This document shows, piece by piece, positions 1 to 9,168 of a stretch of DNA of 64,000 nt. Each line of letters starts with the position of its first letter. Position 1 is the stretch's first letter. The position numbers and the translations under genes are program-made. A model generated the notes under the pieces. That model was not told the DNA's origin. It worked only from the letters and a program-made list of their open reading frames with translations, and did not search any database. Source of the stretch: an uncultured Acidobacteriota bacterium (GTDB lineage Bacteria; Acidobacteriota; Terriglobia; Terriglobales; Acidobacteriaceae); NCBI GenBank assembly GCA_963711675.1, contig CAVQFB010000002.1, positions 427,632 to 491,631 on the forward strand, given 5' to 3'.

Positions 1-611
1 TGATTTCCACCGGAACCGCAATCTGTGGAGGGAGCGCCATCGCCGCAGTAGGGCCGATCTGCCATGCCAGCGACGACGAGATGGCGATTTCACTGGGTAC
101 GGTCTTTGTTCTCAACTCGGTTGCCTTATTGACATTCCCGTTCATCGGGGCCGCGCTCAAACTGAGCCAGACGCAATTCGGTCTATGGGCTGCCCTGGCG
201 ATTCATGACACCAGTTCCGTGGTGGGCGCGGCGGCCAAGTACGGGGCGCAGGCTCTTGCGGTGGGAACGACGGTGAAACTGGCGCGGGCCCTTTGGATTG
301 TTCCCATGTCGATAGGAACAGCCTTGGTGAAGCACTCGAAGGCGAAGATCCAGTGGCCGTGGTTCATTGGCTTCTTCTGTCTGGCTGCCGTCTGCAACAC
401 CTATCTCCCCGCCGGCGGACCTGCTTATGCAGCGCTCTTTAAGGCGGGCCGGCTTGGGTTGACGGTCACGCTCTTTCTGATCGGAACCGGGATATCGATC
501 GCCACCTTGAAGGAAGTGGGCCACAAGCCTCTATTGCAGGGGATTGCGTTATGGCTCCTGGTCTCGGTGGTGTCGTTGTGGCTGATCCAGAAGGGGTGGA
601 TCGCAATCTAA
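1..611 (+). CDS. YeiH/UPF0324-family integral membrane protein (putative sulfate-exporter family), 5' end outside window
   Basis: The frame of ORF 81..611 stays open back to nt 3 and reads ISTGTAICGGSAIAA, the conserved motif of this family. The rest is hydrophobic multi-TM sequence. Confidence 0.75.
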   Translation, partial: ISTGTAICGGSAIAAVGPICHASDDEMAISLGTVFVLNSVALLTFPFIGAALKLSQTQFGLWAALAIHDTSSVVGAAAKYGAQALAVGTTVKLARALWIVPMSIGTALVKHSKAKIQWPWFIGFFCLAAVCNTYLPAGGPAYAALFKAGRLGLTVTLFLIGTGISIATLKEVGHKPLLQGIALWLLVSVVSLWLIQKGWIAI

Positions 612-689
612 TCGAGGGCTCCTGGCGCGCCAGTTGTGGGTTTCCCCTCGAATAATTCTTTGAAGCGGTCGTAAGCCTCATTCCATCTG

Positions 690-1034
690 TTGAGCGATAT
701 GAAAGTCCGCGGCTCTCCTGACCGAAGTGCCAAATTGCGTGGGAGGATTCTGGCTGCGATTCGCCAGATTCCCCGCGGAAAAGTCTCGACCTACGGCGCA
801 GTCGGCCGGGCCGCAGGAATGGCACAGGGTGCGAGATACGTGGTGCGGGTGCTAAGCACGTCCGTGGGCCTTCCCTGGCAGCGCGTTGTGGGAGCAGGGG
901 GAGAAATCAGGACGCGAGGAGACTCGGCTGTAGAGCAGCGTCTGCGCCTGGAAGCCGAGGGAGTCACTTTGCGTGGAAAGCGTGTCAACATGGCGAGGCA
1001 CGAGTACAAGTTTTCCCGAAGCAAGAAGCGGTAA
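690..1034 (+). CDS. Alkyltransferase-like (ATL) / MGMT-family DNA-binding protein without the acceptor cysteine
   Basis: Resembles the MGMT C-terminal domain (IPRGKVSTYGAVGRAAG ... VGLPWQRVV). The PCHR active-site Cys is replaced by Trp (PWQR), as in ATL proteins. Confidence 0.75.
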   Translation: MSDMKVRGSPDRSAKLRGRILAAIRQIPRGKVSTYGAVGRAAGMAQGARYVVRVLSTSVGLPWQRVVGAGGEIRTRGDSAVEQRLRLEAEGVTLRGKRVNMARHEYKFSRSKKR

Positions 1035-1084
1035 CGGGCCGCTGGACAGCGAACGACCAACGACTAGCGACTAACGACCGGTTC

Positions 1085-1480
1085 CTACGTCCTGAACTTG
1101 TCGTCAATCTCTACCTGATACCCTGCGACCAGGCGATTGGTTTCGTTGGCCATTCCCACGACGGACATCAATTCCTTGAACATCGCGTCGGTCATCCCCT
1201 GTTTCCGCGCGCCTGCGGTGTGGGAGGCGATGCAGTAGCCGCATTGGTTGCTCACGCTGACCGCGAGATAGATAAGTTCCTTGGTTAGGGGATCGATTGC
1301 GCCGGGTGCCATGATCTGCTTGATGTCTTCCCACGTGCGGCGAAGCATGGGCGGATCGTTGGCAATCGCCTTCCAGAAATTGTTGATCCAGTCAGTCTTG
1401 CGGGTGGCCATGATGTCGTCGTACACGGCGCGTACTTCAGGGCTGGCGTCTTTGTATTCGATGAGTCCGAGTGTTGCCAT
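1085..1480 (-). CDS. Carboxymuconolactone decarboxylase / AhpD-like family protein
   Basis: CxxC motif in the typical context (SNQCGYCIASHT). I chose the start at ATG 1480, preceded by GGAGAG; the longer ORF from 1546 would overlap the upstream gene. Confidence 0.8.
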   Translation of the reverse strand: MATLGLIEYKDASPEVRAVYDDIMATRKTDWINNFWKAIANDPPMLRRTWEDIKQIMAPGAIDPLTKELIYLAVSVSNQCGYCIASHTAGARKQGMTDAMFKELMSVVGMANETNRLVAGYQVEIDDKFRT

Positions 1481-1523
1481 TCGCTCTCCGTAATGAAAGG
1501 TTCTCTGCGCGGGAAAAGCAAGC

Positions 1524-2393
1524 TCACTTCCCGCTCGGTACTTCACCGCTGAGCAACTTGCCCAGGTCCGCTGCGGGACATCTCACGCCCACGTAGAACT
1601 GCCCAAACAGCGCGTACACGGCGCTGACATGATCGAAGCGCATTTCATAAATCAGCTTCTTGAAGACCAGAGGCTCGTCCGCGAAGAGGTCTACGCCCCA
1701 CTCCCAATCGTCGAAGCCAATCGAGCCGGTAATGATCTGCTTCACCATACCCGCATAGCGCCGCCCGACCAACCCGTGCTCGTTCATCTGGCGCTGGCGC
1801 TCTTCCATGGGAAGCGTGTACCAGTTCTTGTCCTCGCCACGCTTACGATCCATGGGGTAGAAGCAGATGTACCGGTTGGGCGGGATGGCAGGGAAGAGGC
1901 GCGGTTGCATCGCCTCTTTTTGTCGCTTCAGAGTCTCCTGGATTTCGCGATTCCATTCCTCCGAATGCGGCTCGATTCCCCGATCAACCAGCGTCTTATA
2001 AGTTTTGTTGCTCGACTCATAGAGTCCGAGTTCGATGATCGAGAGATAGGAAGTCGTGGGTTCGAGATAGTCGCTGAGGCGCAGTTGCGCCAACTGCAAC
2101 TCCGCTTGATTCAGCTGATCGAAGGCCTCGCGGAAGTGAACGAACATCAAATCACCCTTGTGGCCGAGCAGGGAAAAGAGCGCCGACTGTCCGCCCGCAT
2201 TCTGTTCCATCTTGCCAAGCACGGACGCCGCCTCGTCGGTGACCTCGCGCTGCTGCGGGGGGCTAAGTGCTTTCCACGCGGTCCAGCGAAACCGCATCAT
2301 CTGATGCAGCACGCTGTAACCTTCCACGGTGAGTGGAACAGCAGGCGTCTCTGTGGATACGACTTCCGGATGTGCACTGCGACTCGATGACAT
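1524..2393 (-). CDS. Chlorite dismutase family protein (HemQ/ChdC-like coproheme decarboxylase candidate)
   Basis: Full-length 289-aa ORF with family-typical segments (YSVLHQMMRFRW..., FYPMDRKR..., NWYTLPMEERQRQMNEHG, RFDHVSAVYALFGQFYVG). Confidence 0.8.
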   Translation of the reverse strand: MSSSRSAHPEVVSTETPAVPLTVEGYSVLHQMMRFRWTAWKALSPPQQREVTDEAASVLGKMEQNAGGQSALFSLLGHKGDLMFVHFREAFDQLNQAELQLAQLRLSDYLEPTTSYLSIIELGLYESSNKTYKTLVDRGIEPHSEEWNREIQETLKRQKEAMQPRLFPAIPPNRYICFYPMDRKRGEDKNWYTLPMEERQRQMNEHGLVGRRYAGMVKQIITGSIGFDDWEWGVDLFADEPLVFKKLIYEMRFDHVSAVYALFGQFYVGVRCPAADLGKLLSGEVPSGK

Positions 2394-2450
2394 GTATGGG
2401 TCCTCAGTTTTTAGAGACTATTGTACCTGCGGATGGAACGAGACCTAAGG

Positions 2451-2487
2451 CCAAACAAAAACCCCAGCAGGTGGCGCGCTGCTGGGG
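2451..2487 (-). terminator. Rho-independent terminator downstream of the 2508..2831 gene
   Basis: 9-bp GC-rich stem (2462-2470 / 2479-2487) with an 8-nt loop, followed on the minus strand by TTTTTGTTTGG. Confidence 0.65.
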
Positions 2488-2507
2488 ACCAATATCGACG
2501 GCGGGGT

Positions 2508-2831
2508 TCAGGCTGCGACCGTCTCCAATAGTTTCTGGGAGATCGTGGTCTCGACGGCATAGAACTTCACGATCGGCGTGGCGTTCAGGAAGGGCTCCAT
2601 GAGCTGTTTGACCTTCGGGAAGGTATCTCTCTCATAGCGCTCCGCATCCATCTTGCTGTGCCAGAGGGTGACGACGAACGGCCTGGTTGGCTCCATCTCG
2701 TTGTCGAGAGCGATGATATCCACATAGCCGACCTGCTTCTTGACGATCGGGAGGATCTCGTCGCGTACTTTCTTGAGGAATTCCGGCTTCTTCTCGAGCT
2801 TCACGTTCAGTTCCAACGTGCGTGCAAACAT
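2508..2831 (-). CDS. Small ABM/Dabb-like (ferredoxin-fold) protein, function unknown
   Basis: ~107 aa. Start ATG 2831 is preceded by AAGGAGAG. Size and pattern (MFARTLELNVK...VTLWHSKMDAERYE) resemble antibiotic-biosynthesis-monooxygenase-like proteins. Confidence 0.55.
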   Translation of the reverse strand: MFARTLELNVKLEKKPEFLKKVRDEILPIVKKQVGYVDIIALDNEMEPTRPFVVTLWHSKMDAERYERDTFPKVKQLMEPFLNATPIVKFYAVETTISQKLLETVAA

Positions 2832-3185
2832 ATTGACACCTCTCTCCTTATGAAGTTGCACTGCGAGTTATGCCCATCCCGAGGATGGGGAGAGTTATTT
2901 GAGTTGCGGATCGCCGGTGGTTTTCGCTGCCCGACTCACAGGAAAGTGGTCGAATGCCGAGGCCTGATCGTCGCCAGTGGCGAAGGTAGTTGATGCAGGC
3001 GCAAGTTTGTTTTTCCTGGGAGTTCGACAGACGGCCCGATACTGCGCGTTCACGGCCCCGTAGTCAGTGATTTTCGGCACCCTTGGGTGTGATAAGCGCG
3101 AGCAAGCCCCACCGCCATTCTTGCTGGGGAAGATCTGCCCTGAGCGGATTGCGGCGCTGTGTCTTGATCCGGCTCGTGCCTGCCC

Positions 3186-5306
3186 CTATTTCTTGGGCGG
3201 CTGCTTCTTCTTCCCAAAGAGGTCCAGAATCTGATTTACGGTGTCCTGCTGCGGATTCGATTGGCCCTGGGTCCCAGCCCCGGCCTTCTGCCCGCCCAGC
3301 AGTCCACCCAGAATTCCCGCCGCGCCACCCGACAAAGGATTGCCGGAGGTCGGGAGCAGTCCTTTCAGTTTCATCTGCGCGATCTTCTGGACGTCGGGAG
3401 AAAATTTCGGGTTCTGGAAGGTTCCGGTCACAATCGCCGGAATCACGATCTCGCCCTGATTGTTGCCGAGGGCGGTATTCATGTATCCCCCAATGCCGCT
3501 GCCGCCCACCTGCTGGCTGAAGGTTTTGTTAAGCACTGCGGTAGCGTTCATATTGAGCGTCTGGCTCACCAGGTTCGCCGTGCCCGTGGCGCCGACGTTG
3601 CCGATGTCGAGAAGCGCCTGCAAATCGTTGGTCTGCGCCATTCCATTGCGCACAAGAATGTTGCCGGTCAATTTCAGGATGTTGGTGAAGCCTTGGTCTT
3701 TTTGCGCGGATTTTACGAAGCCGCCAATCGAACTGAGTTCGTGCGCGATGTCGACCCCGGAATACTTCACATTGTTGAAGTTCAGGTTCACGGTGCCGTT
3801 CAGCGCGCGCATCAGTTCGTCAGCGCTTACAGCTCCCAGGGGGCCGGCCGCGCGCATATCGAGGTTAAGCGTGCCTGCCCCGTTCACCTTATCCAACCCC
3901 GTAACGCCATAAGCCTTGGCCATGGAAATAAGGGCAGGGAGTTGCGCCTGAGGAGCTTTCAGGGTCGCGTCGATCATCGGCGTTTTCGAGGTGTACTGCG
4001 TCAGCGTGAACTGAGTGTTCACCGCCGTGCCGCCGGAGGTTACCTGGAAGTTATCGGAACGAACCTCGCTGGGAGTCAGAGCCAGATTGACGGCCTTGAT
4101 CTGTACCGGCTGTGGGATGTCTTTGCCCGAGGCTTGTATATCGCGGCCGGCAATCGTGCCATTCAGGGTGGGCTTGTCAGACGGCCCAGTGGCCCGGATA
4201 TCTGCGCTCACACGGCCATTCACGGTCGCACCGGGATTGAAAGCCACGCCCGCAGCGGCGGCCAGCTTGGCCATTTCGGCGATGGAAACATCATCTGCTT
4301 TCAGGCTCAGGTCGAGTACGGCGGGAGTAGGTTTGGAATTCACCGTGCCTGTCACCGAGAGCGGCGTCGGGCCCAGCTTCACCGTCGCCTTGTCGATCTT
4401 CAGCAGATCAGTGTTCAGGTCGTCATTCACGTCGTAGTCAGCGTTGATCGGGTATCCGACCTCTACCCCGTGAAGGCGGGGTTGTTCGATGTTCATTTGT
4501 CCGCTGGCCGATAGTTTTCCTGTATCGCTGCCGATGTTGGTGTGGCCGGTGAGGACGCCGTCGGTGTTGGCCAGGGCCGGAGTCTGGAGAAATTTCTGGA
4601 AATTGGCGATGCTCACGCCCTTGAAATCCAGTCCGCCATGGAAGGGAGTTGCGGCAGGATTACTTTGTGCGACCGGGCCGCCCTTGCCTTGCAGGCGAAT
4701 TTCCTGCGCACCCGCGCCGGGGAAGTGGACGGAAGCATCGATCGAAAACGGAGTGTCGGGAGCAAAGTCCGTCAGAGTCAGGTTGATGTGGTCGTAGATG
4801 GAGCGTGGCTTGCGATTCTGATTGTCAGTGACAGCAACCTGGCCGTCTGTAATCTCCAGCTTGCCAAGGGCAAACTGTCCGCCAGAACTTGATGTTGACG
4901 TGGACCCCGGCTTCGACTTTCCTCCCAAAGTCGAGAAGTTCCACACACCCTGCGCGTTCTTGATCAACTCGACGCTCGGTTTTTCAAGAGTCAGCGAATC
5001 CACCTCCACCGATTTTTGCAACAGGGGCATCAGCTTTACGGAGACATCAAGTTTGGAAGCCTGCACAAATGGTCTCAGGCTATTGAAGGCAGAGTCGTCG
5101 GCGATCGCGATGTTTTGTACCTGAAAGCGAAAAGGGAACAGGCCCAGGCTCATGTCGCCCAGCGTGACCTTCCTCCCCAAGGCGGCTTCGAGTTTGGTCT
5201 GGACCGTGCCTCGGTATTGATTGGGATTGAACAGCAGGACCGCTGCGACGATCAACACGACCGCGAGCAGAACGATGATTCCGATTACGATTCCGAGCTT
5301 GCGCAT
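3186..5306 (-). CDS. AsmA family outer-membrane assembly protein
   Basis: 706 aa with an N-terminal TM anchor (MRKLGIVIGIIVLLAVVLIVAAVLLF), a long beta-rich body and a Gly/Gln-rich C-terminal tail, typical of AsmA-like proteins. Confidence 0.8.
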   Translation of the reverse strand: MRKLGIVIGIIVLLAVVLIVAAVLLFNPNQYRGTVQTKLEAALGRKVTLGDMSLGLFPFRFQVQNIAIADDSAFNSLRPFVQASKLDVSVKLMPLLQKSVEVDSLTLEKPSVELIKNAQGVWNFSTLGGKSKPGSTSTSSSGGQFALGKLEITDGQVAVTDNQNRKPRSIYDHINLTLTDFAPDTPFSIDASVHFPGAGAQEIRLQGKGGPVAQSNPAATPFHGGLDFKGVSIANFQKFLQTPALANTDGVLTGHTNIGSDTGKLSASGQMNIEQPRLHGVEVGYPINADYDVNDDLNTDLLKIDKATVKLGPTPLSVTGTVNSKPTPAVLDLSLKADDVSIAEMAKLAAAAGVAFNPGATVNGRVSADIRATGPSDKPTLNGTIAGRDIQASGKDIPQPVQIKAVNLALTPSEVRSDNFQVTSGGTAVNTQFTLTQYTSKTPMIDATLKAPQAQLPALISMAKAYGVTGLDKVNGAGTLNLDMRAAGPLGAVSADELMRALNGTVNLNFNNVKYSGVDIAHELSSIGGFVKSAQKDQGFTNILKLTGNILVRNGMAQTNDLQALLDIGNVGATGTANLVSQTLNMNATAVLNKTFSQQVGGSGIGGYMNTALGNNQGEIVIPAIVTGTFQNPKFSPDVQKIAQMKLKGLLPTSGNPLSGGAAGILGGLLGGQKAGAGTQGQSNPQQDTVNQILDLFGKKKQPPKK

Positions 5307-5469
5307 ATGATCCTCCGCGCTAGGGGTTGCGGGGTATTCCCGAGTTTATAGATGACGGTCTTCGTGTCCTCGGTTTGCTTTTCCGAACCGTTTTGAGCCG
5401 TGCTTGTATGAGTGGCGTTTGAGAAGTTTTTCCTCGGCGAAAGCCCCGGTAAATGAGCCGGGAAGCGTG

Positions 5470-6486
5470 CTAGCCAGTTTCGCTTTTTGCACTGCGGGTC
5501 ATCAACTGGTGGATAGCTTCACGCGGCGTTTTACCATTGTGAAGGATCGCGTACATCTGTTCCGTGATCGGCATCTCGACGCCCCGGGCTTTCGCCAGAC
5601 CGACCGCAGCATTCGTAGTCAGCACGCCTTCAGCAACCATGCCGTGCATTCCCGCGATGATATCCGGCAAAGGGCGGCCACGCCCGAGCTCGACTCCCAC
5701 ACTGCGATTGCGGGAGAGGCCGCCGGTACAAGTAAGAACCAAGTCACCCAACCCGGCGAGGCCCGCCATGGTTTCCTGCCGTCCTCCACAGGCTACCGCC
5801 AAGCGGGTGATCTCCGCCAGCCCGCGGGTGATCAGCGCCGCGACCGAGTTGTGACCCAAACCGAGGCCGTCGCAGACCCCGGCCGCAATTGCGACGATGT
5901 TCTTGAGCGCGCCGCCGAGCTCCACGCCGATAGCGTCATCGCTGGTGTAGATGCGAAAACTGGGATCGCTGAACTCTGCCTGTACGGTCCGGGCGAGTTG
6001 CTGGTCCTGCGAAGCGATGGTGACTGCGGTCGGGTCTCCGCGCGCCACTTCGATGGCAAACGACGGGCCGCTGAGCGCGCCAATCCGAACCGGGAAGCCT
6101 GCGCTCTGCTTCACCACATCCGATATCACTTCCGTCATTCGTAAAAGGCTTCCTTCCTCGATTCCCTTGGTCGCGCTGACAAACAGCATTTCGGGTTTGA
6201 GGTGAGTGCGCAGCCTCTCGAACAAGCGACGGCAGTGGTGCGAAGGCATCACGCTGACGACAATTTCGGCGCCCGCGAGCGCTTCTTCCAGGAGGTTGGT
6301 TACGGAGACTGTGGCGGGAATCTCATGGCCAGGAAGGAAGAGCAGATTTTGCCGCCAAGTGCGAATCGATTCGCAAACCTCTTCTTCGTGCGCCCAGAGC
6401 CTTACGGAGTGCCCACCTTTGCGGCCGAGGACAATCGAGAGCCCGGTGCCCCACGCGCCTGCGCCGATGATCGCGATATGGCTCAT
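5470..6486 (-). CDS. gpsA: NAD(P)H-dependent glycerol-3-phosphate dehydrogenase
   Basis: N-terminal Rossmann motif IAIIGAGAWGT, NLLFLPG, SATKGIE. Overlaps plsY by 4 nt, the conserved plsY-gpsA arrangement. Confidence 0.95.
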   Translation of the reverse strand: MSHIAIIGAGAWGTGLSIVLGRKGGHSVRLWAHEEEVCESIRTWRQNLLFLPGHEIPATVSVTNLLEEALAGAEIVVSVMPSHHCRRLFERLRTHLKPEMLFVSATKGIEEGSLLRMTEVISDVVKQSAGFPVRIGALSGPSFAIEVARGDPTAVTIASQDQQLARTVQAEFSDPSFRIYTSDDAIGVELGGALKNIVAIAAGVCDGLGLGHNSVAALITRGLAEITRLAVACGGRQETMAGLAGLGDLVLTCTGGLSRNRSVGVELGRGRPLPDIIAGMHGMVAEGVLTTNAAVGLAKARGVEMPITEQMYAILHNGKTPREAIHQLMTRSAKSETG

Positions 6487-7172
6487 GGGTGCCTCAGTGA
6501 GAATCGGGGCTCACTGCCTGACAGAAGCCGGAGAATGTTCTGATAATGGCGCAGGATCACTAATAAGGAGGCAATACTCATAATTAAGATGACCGTCGGC
6601 GAGAATTCGCCGCGATAGATGAGCCACGCCAGCCACGGAAAGGCTGCCGCAGCAAGCACCGAACCGAGGGAAACGAAGCGAGTGGCAACCACAGCCAGCA
6701 GGAACAACGCGAAGGCGCCCAGCATAGCCTCAGGCGCGAGGAGGGCAAAGCCTCCCACCGCCGTGGCCACCCCTTTGCCGCCTTTGAAGCCGAGCCATAC
6801 GGGAAAGCTGTGACCAATGACTGCGAAGAGTGCGGCTAGCGCTGCCAGCAGATGGATTTTATCGAGGAGGGCCCGCGCTAACGCTCTTGCCGCTGCGATC
6901 TGCTCGGGATCGGCAGCTAGGATCGCCGCATGATGCGACCCTTGCCTTGCCAGCCACATGGCGAAAGCGACAGCCGCGAAGCCTTTGGCTGCATCGAGAA
7001 CCAGAGTCAAAATGCCCAGGCCCGGGGATGACCGCGCTACGTTGGTGGCGCCGATATTCCCGCTGCCGGTGCTGCGAATGTCCTGACCGCGAAACATGCG
7101 GACGAGCAAGTATCCGAAAGGGATCGACCCTAGCAAGTAGCCGACGGCAGCGGCGAAAAGAATGGCCAACAT
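6483..7172 (-). CDS. plsY: Glycerol-3-phosphate acyltransferase (acyl-phosphate dependent)
   Basis: GSGNIGATNVAR motif, multi-TM, about 229 aa. Confidence 0.95.
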   Translation of the reverse strand: MLAILFAAAVGYLLGSIPFGYLLVRMFRGQDIRSTGSGNIGATNVARSSPGLGILTLVLDAAKGFAAVAFAMWLARQGSHHAAILAADPEQIAAARALARALLDKIHLLAALAALFAVIGHSFPVWLGFKGGKGVATAVGGFALLAPEAMLGAFALFLLAVVATRFVSLGSVLAAAAFPWLAWLIYRGEFSPTVILIMSIASLLVILRHYQNILRLLSGSEPRFSLRHP

Positions 7173-7195
7173 TCAGTTTGGACGTGCGCTCCCGG

Positions 7196-7783
7196 TCAGC
7201 GCAACGGGAAGCGTTCCAGCTTCGTGTAGCGCGATCCGCCGGGCGAGAGCTGGCTCTGATACAGAAAAAAGTCGTGGGCCCTCATTGTACCGAACTCAGG
7301 CACGGCCCGTGCGGCCAATTTCTCCTGCAGCCGCTGGAAGATGTTGTTGGGACGATCGCCCTTCTGCCGCGTCGGCGCACCCGAGCCGCGTCCACCGCGA
7401 GCCAGAGTCAAATGCGGGCTGAAGGCGTGGATTTCTTTCGAGACTCCACAGGTTGCCATGGCGTTATCGACTGCGGAGGCAAGAGTGGCTAACACCGGGC
7501 CGGATTCGATTCCGACCCAGAAAACCCGTGGAGCTTTGGGGTTGGGGAAGAATCCGGAACCGTGAAAGGTGACTTCGAATGGAGGTGCTTGCACGGCTGA
7601 CAAGGCTTTCTTGATCGTATCGACAGTTTCAGCAGGCTTCTCGCCAACAAACTTGAGCGTGACGTGCAGCGACTCCGGCTTCACCCATCGTGCTTCCGGC
7701 GCGAACCCGCTCACCCCGCTCATAAAGAGTTGGATACGCTCGCAGATCGCTTCGTCGATGTCTAGTGCGATGAACAGACGCAT
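7196..7783 (-). CDS. thpR: RNA 2',3'-cyclic phosphodiesterase (2H phosphoesterase, LigT/ThpR)
   Basis: Two HxT motifs (HVTLKF and HLTLAR) at the expected spacing; about 195 aa. Confidence 0.9.
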   Translation of the reverse strand: MRLFIALDIDEAICERIQLFMSGVSGFAPEARWVKPESLHVTLKFVGEKPAETVDTIKKALSAVQAPPFEVTFHGSGFFPNPKAPRVFWVGIESGPVLATLASAVDNAMATCGVSKEIHAFSPHLTLARGGRGSGAPTRQKGDRPNNIFQRLQEKLAARAVPEFGTMRAHDFFLYQSQLSPGGSRYTKLERFPLR

Positions 7784-7870
7784 GGTTGAGGAATATTGGT
7801 TCCAGCCCGATTAAGGGACTAACGCCTCCGACTAACGACCAGCGACCAGCGACTTGTCACCATCATCTTG

Positions 7871-9115
7871 TCACAGCAGTTTTCTTCTGATCATATCTAG
7901 AGCCTGCTGAGTGGCGAACCAGCGGATACGTTTCCGGTCGCCCGGAAAACTTCGTTCGACCACTTCCATTCCGCTCTCCGAGGCCAGCGCGTGGAACACC
8001 AGCCCCACCGGTTTTTCCGGAGTACCACCGGTCGGCCCGGCCACGCCCGTGATTCCCACTCCTAGATTGGCGTTGCAGCGTTTGCGAATTCCCTCGGCGA
8101 GCGCCACTGCGACTTCGCGGCTCACTGCTCCGTGCTTCTCGACCAGGTCGGCAGGCACACCAGCAAACTCCGTTTTCAACTCGTTCGAGTAAACGATCGC
8201 CCCGCCGACAAAATAGCGAGAGCTGCCGCTGATGGACGTGATCCGCTCGCCAAGAAGTCCTCCGGTGCAGGACTCCGCGACCGCGAGTGTGAGGTTTCGC
8301 ATTTGCAGGTAATAACTGACAATTTGCTCGAGCGACTCGCCCTGGTGCGAAAAAACGTAGTCGCCAAGCTCCTCTTCGATTTCGTCCGCGAGCCGATCCA
8401 CCCGTTCTTCGGCGGCCTTCAGGGACTCGGCTCTTGTCTTCAGGTGCAACTGAATCTCCCCAGCGCCTGCCAGGATGGTCGTTTGCACATCGGCATATTT
8501 CTTGTAGATCGGTGCGATTCGTGCGTCGCAAGCCGATTCCCCCATCATGGCCACCTTCAGAACACGTGTCGCGATGAATTGAACGGGCAGCTTGGCGCGC
8601 AGGCGTTCCACGCACTGCTCATCAAACAGAGCTTTCAGTTCATGGGGCGGGCCGGGCAGCAAAAGGATAATGCGCTCGCGACCGTCGTATTTCCCACTCA
8701 GCCACTGTCCGGGTGCGGTGCCGTTGGCATTGCGAAGCACGACCGCGCCGGTGAGAACGTCGGCCTGCTTGCTGTTGTTAGGGGTCATCTTCCAGCCGCG
8801 GCTGGCAAAGCGCTGCTCGATGGCAGTCAGGATTTCGGGATCACGATGCAACTGGAGGCCGAGCGCCTGGGCCACAGCTTCGCGCGTGAGGTCGTCTTCC
8901 GTGGGTCCAAGACCGCCCATGAAAATGACAATCTCTGCTCGGGCAACCGCCTGGCTAGCTGCGGTGAGAAGGTGTTGGGGATTGTCGCCGACGATGGTCT
9001 TGAAGATTACGTCTACACCCAATTGATTCAGCTTCTCCGTCAGGTAAAGCGAGTTTGTGTCCTGACGGAAAGGCGTGAGCAGTTCCGATCCGATAGCGAT
9101 GATCTCCGCGTTCAC
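7871..9115 (-). CDS. cinA: CinA family protein (MoCF-binding domain + nicotinamide-nucleotide amidohydrolase PncC domain)
   Basis: N-terminus MNAEIIAIGSELL..., C-terminal ESCTGG motif, 414 aa. Confidence 0.9.
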   Translation of the reverse strand: MNAEIIAIGSELLTPFRQDTNSLYLTEKLNQLGVDVIFKTIVGDNPQHLLTAASQAVARAEIVIFMGGLGPTEDDLTREAVAQALGLQLHRDPEILTAIEQRFASRGWKMTPNNSKQADVLTGAVVLRNANGTAPGQWLSGKYDGRERIILLLPGPPHELKALFDEQCVERLRAKLPVQFIATRVLKVAMMGESACDARIAPIYKKYADVQTTILAGAGEIQLHLKTRAESLKAAEERVDRLADEIEEELGDYVFSHQGESLEQIVSYYLQMRNLTLAVAESCTGGLLGERITSISGSSRYFVGGAIVYSNELKTEFAGVPADLVEKHGAVSREVAVALAEGIRKRCNANLGVGITGVAGPTGGTPEKPVGLVFHALASESGMEVVERSFPGDRKRIRWFATQQALDMIRRKLL

Positions 9116-9168
9116 GGCAAGAAGTGTAAATGATCAGACAAGTGAAATCAGGAGAGGGTGCGCGAGGT

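Noticed and set aside
1629-2390. 253-aa + strand ORF. The same reasoning applies to 5404..6144, 8132..9133, 7863..8615, 23527..24444 and 10299..11015.
   Set aside because: All are antisense or out-of-frame overlaps of well-supported genes (HemQ-like, gpsA, cinA, multicopper oxidase, pgpA).
3261-4514. 417-aa ORF on the + strand
   Set aside because: It lies entirely antisense to the AsmA-family gene. Its Arg/Gly/His-rich composition is typical of shadow ORFs in GC-rich DNA, with no RBS or motif.
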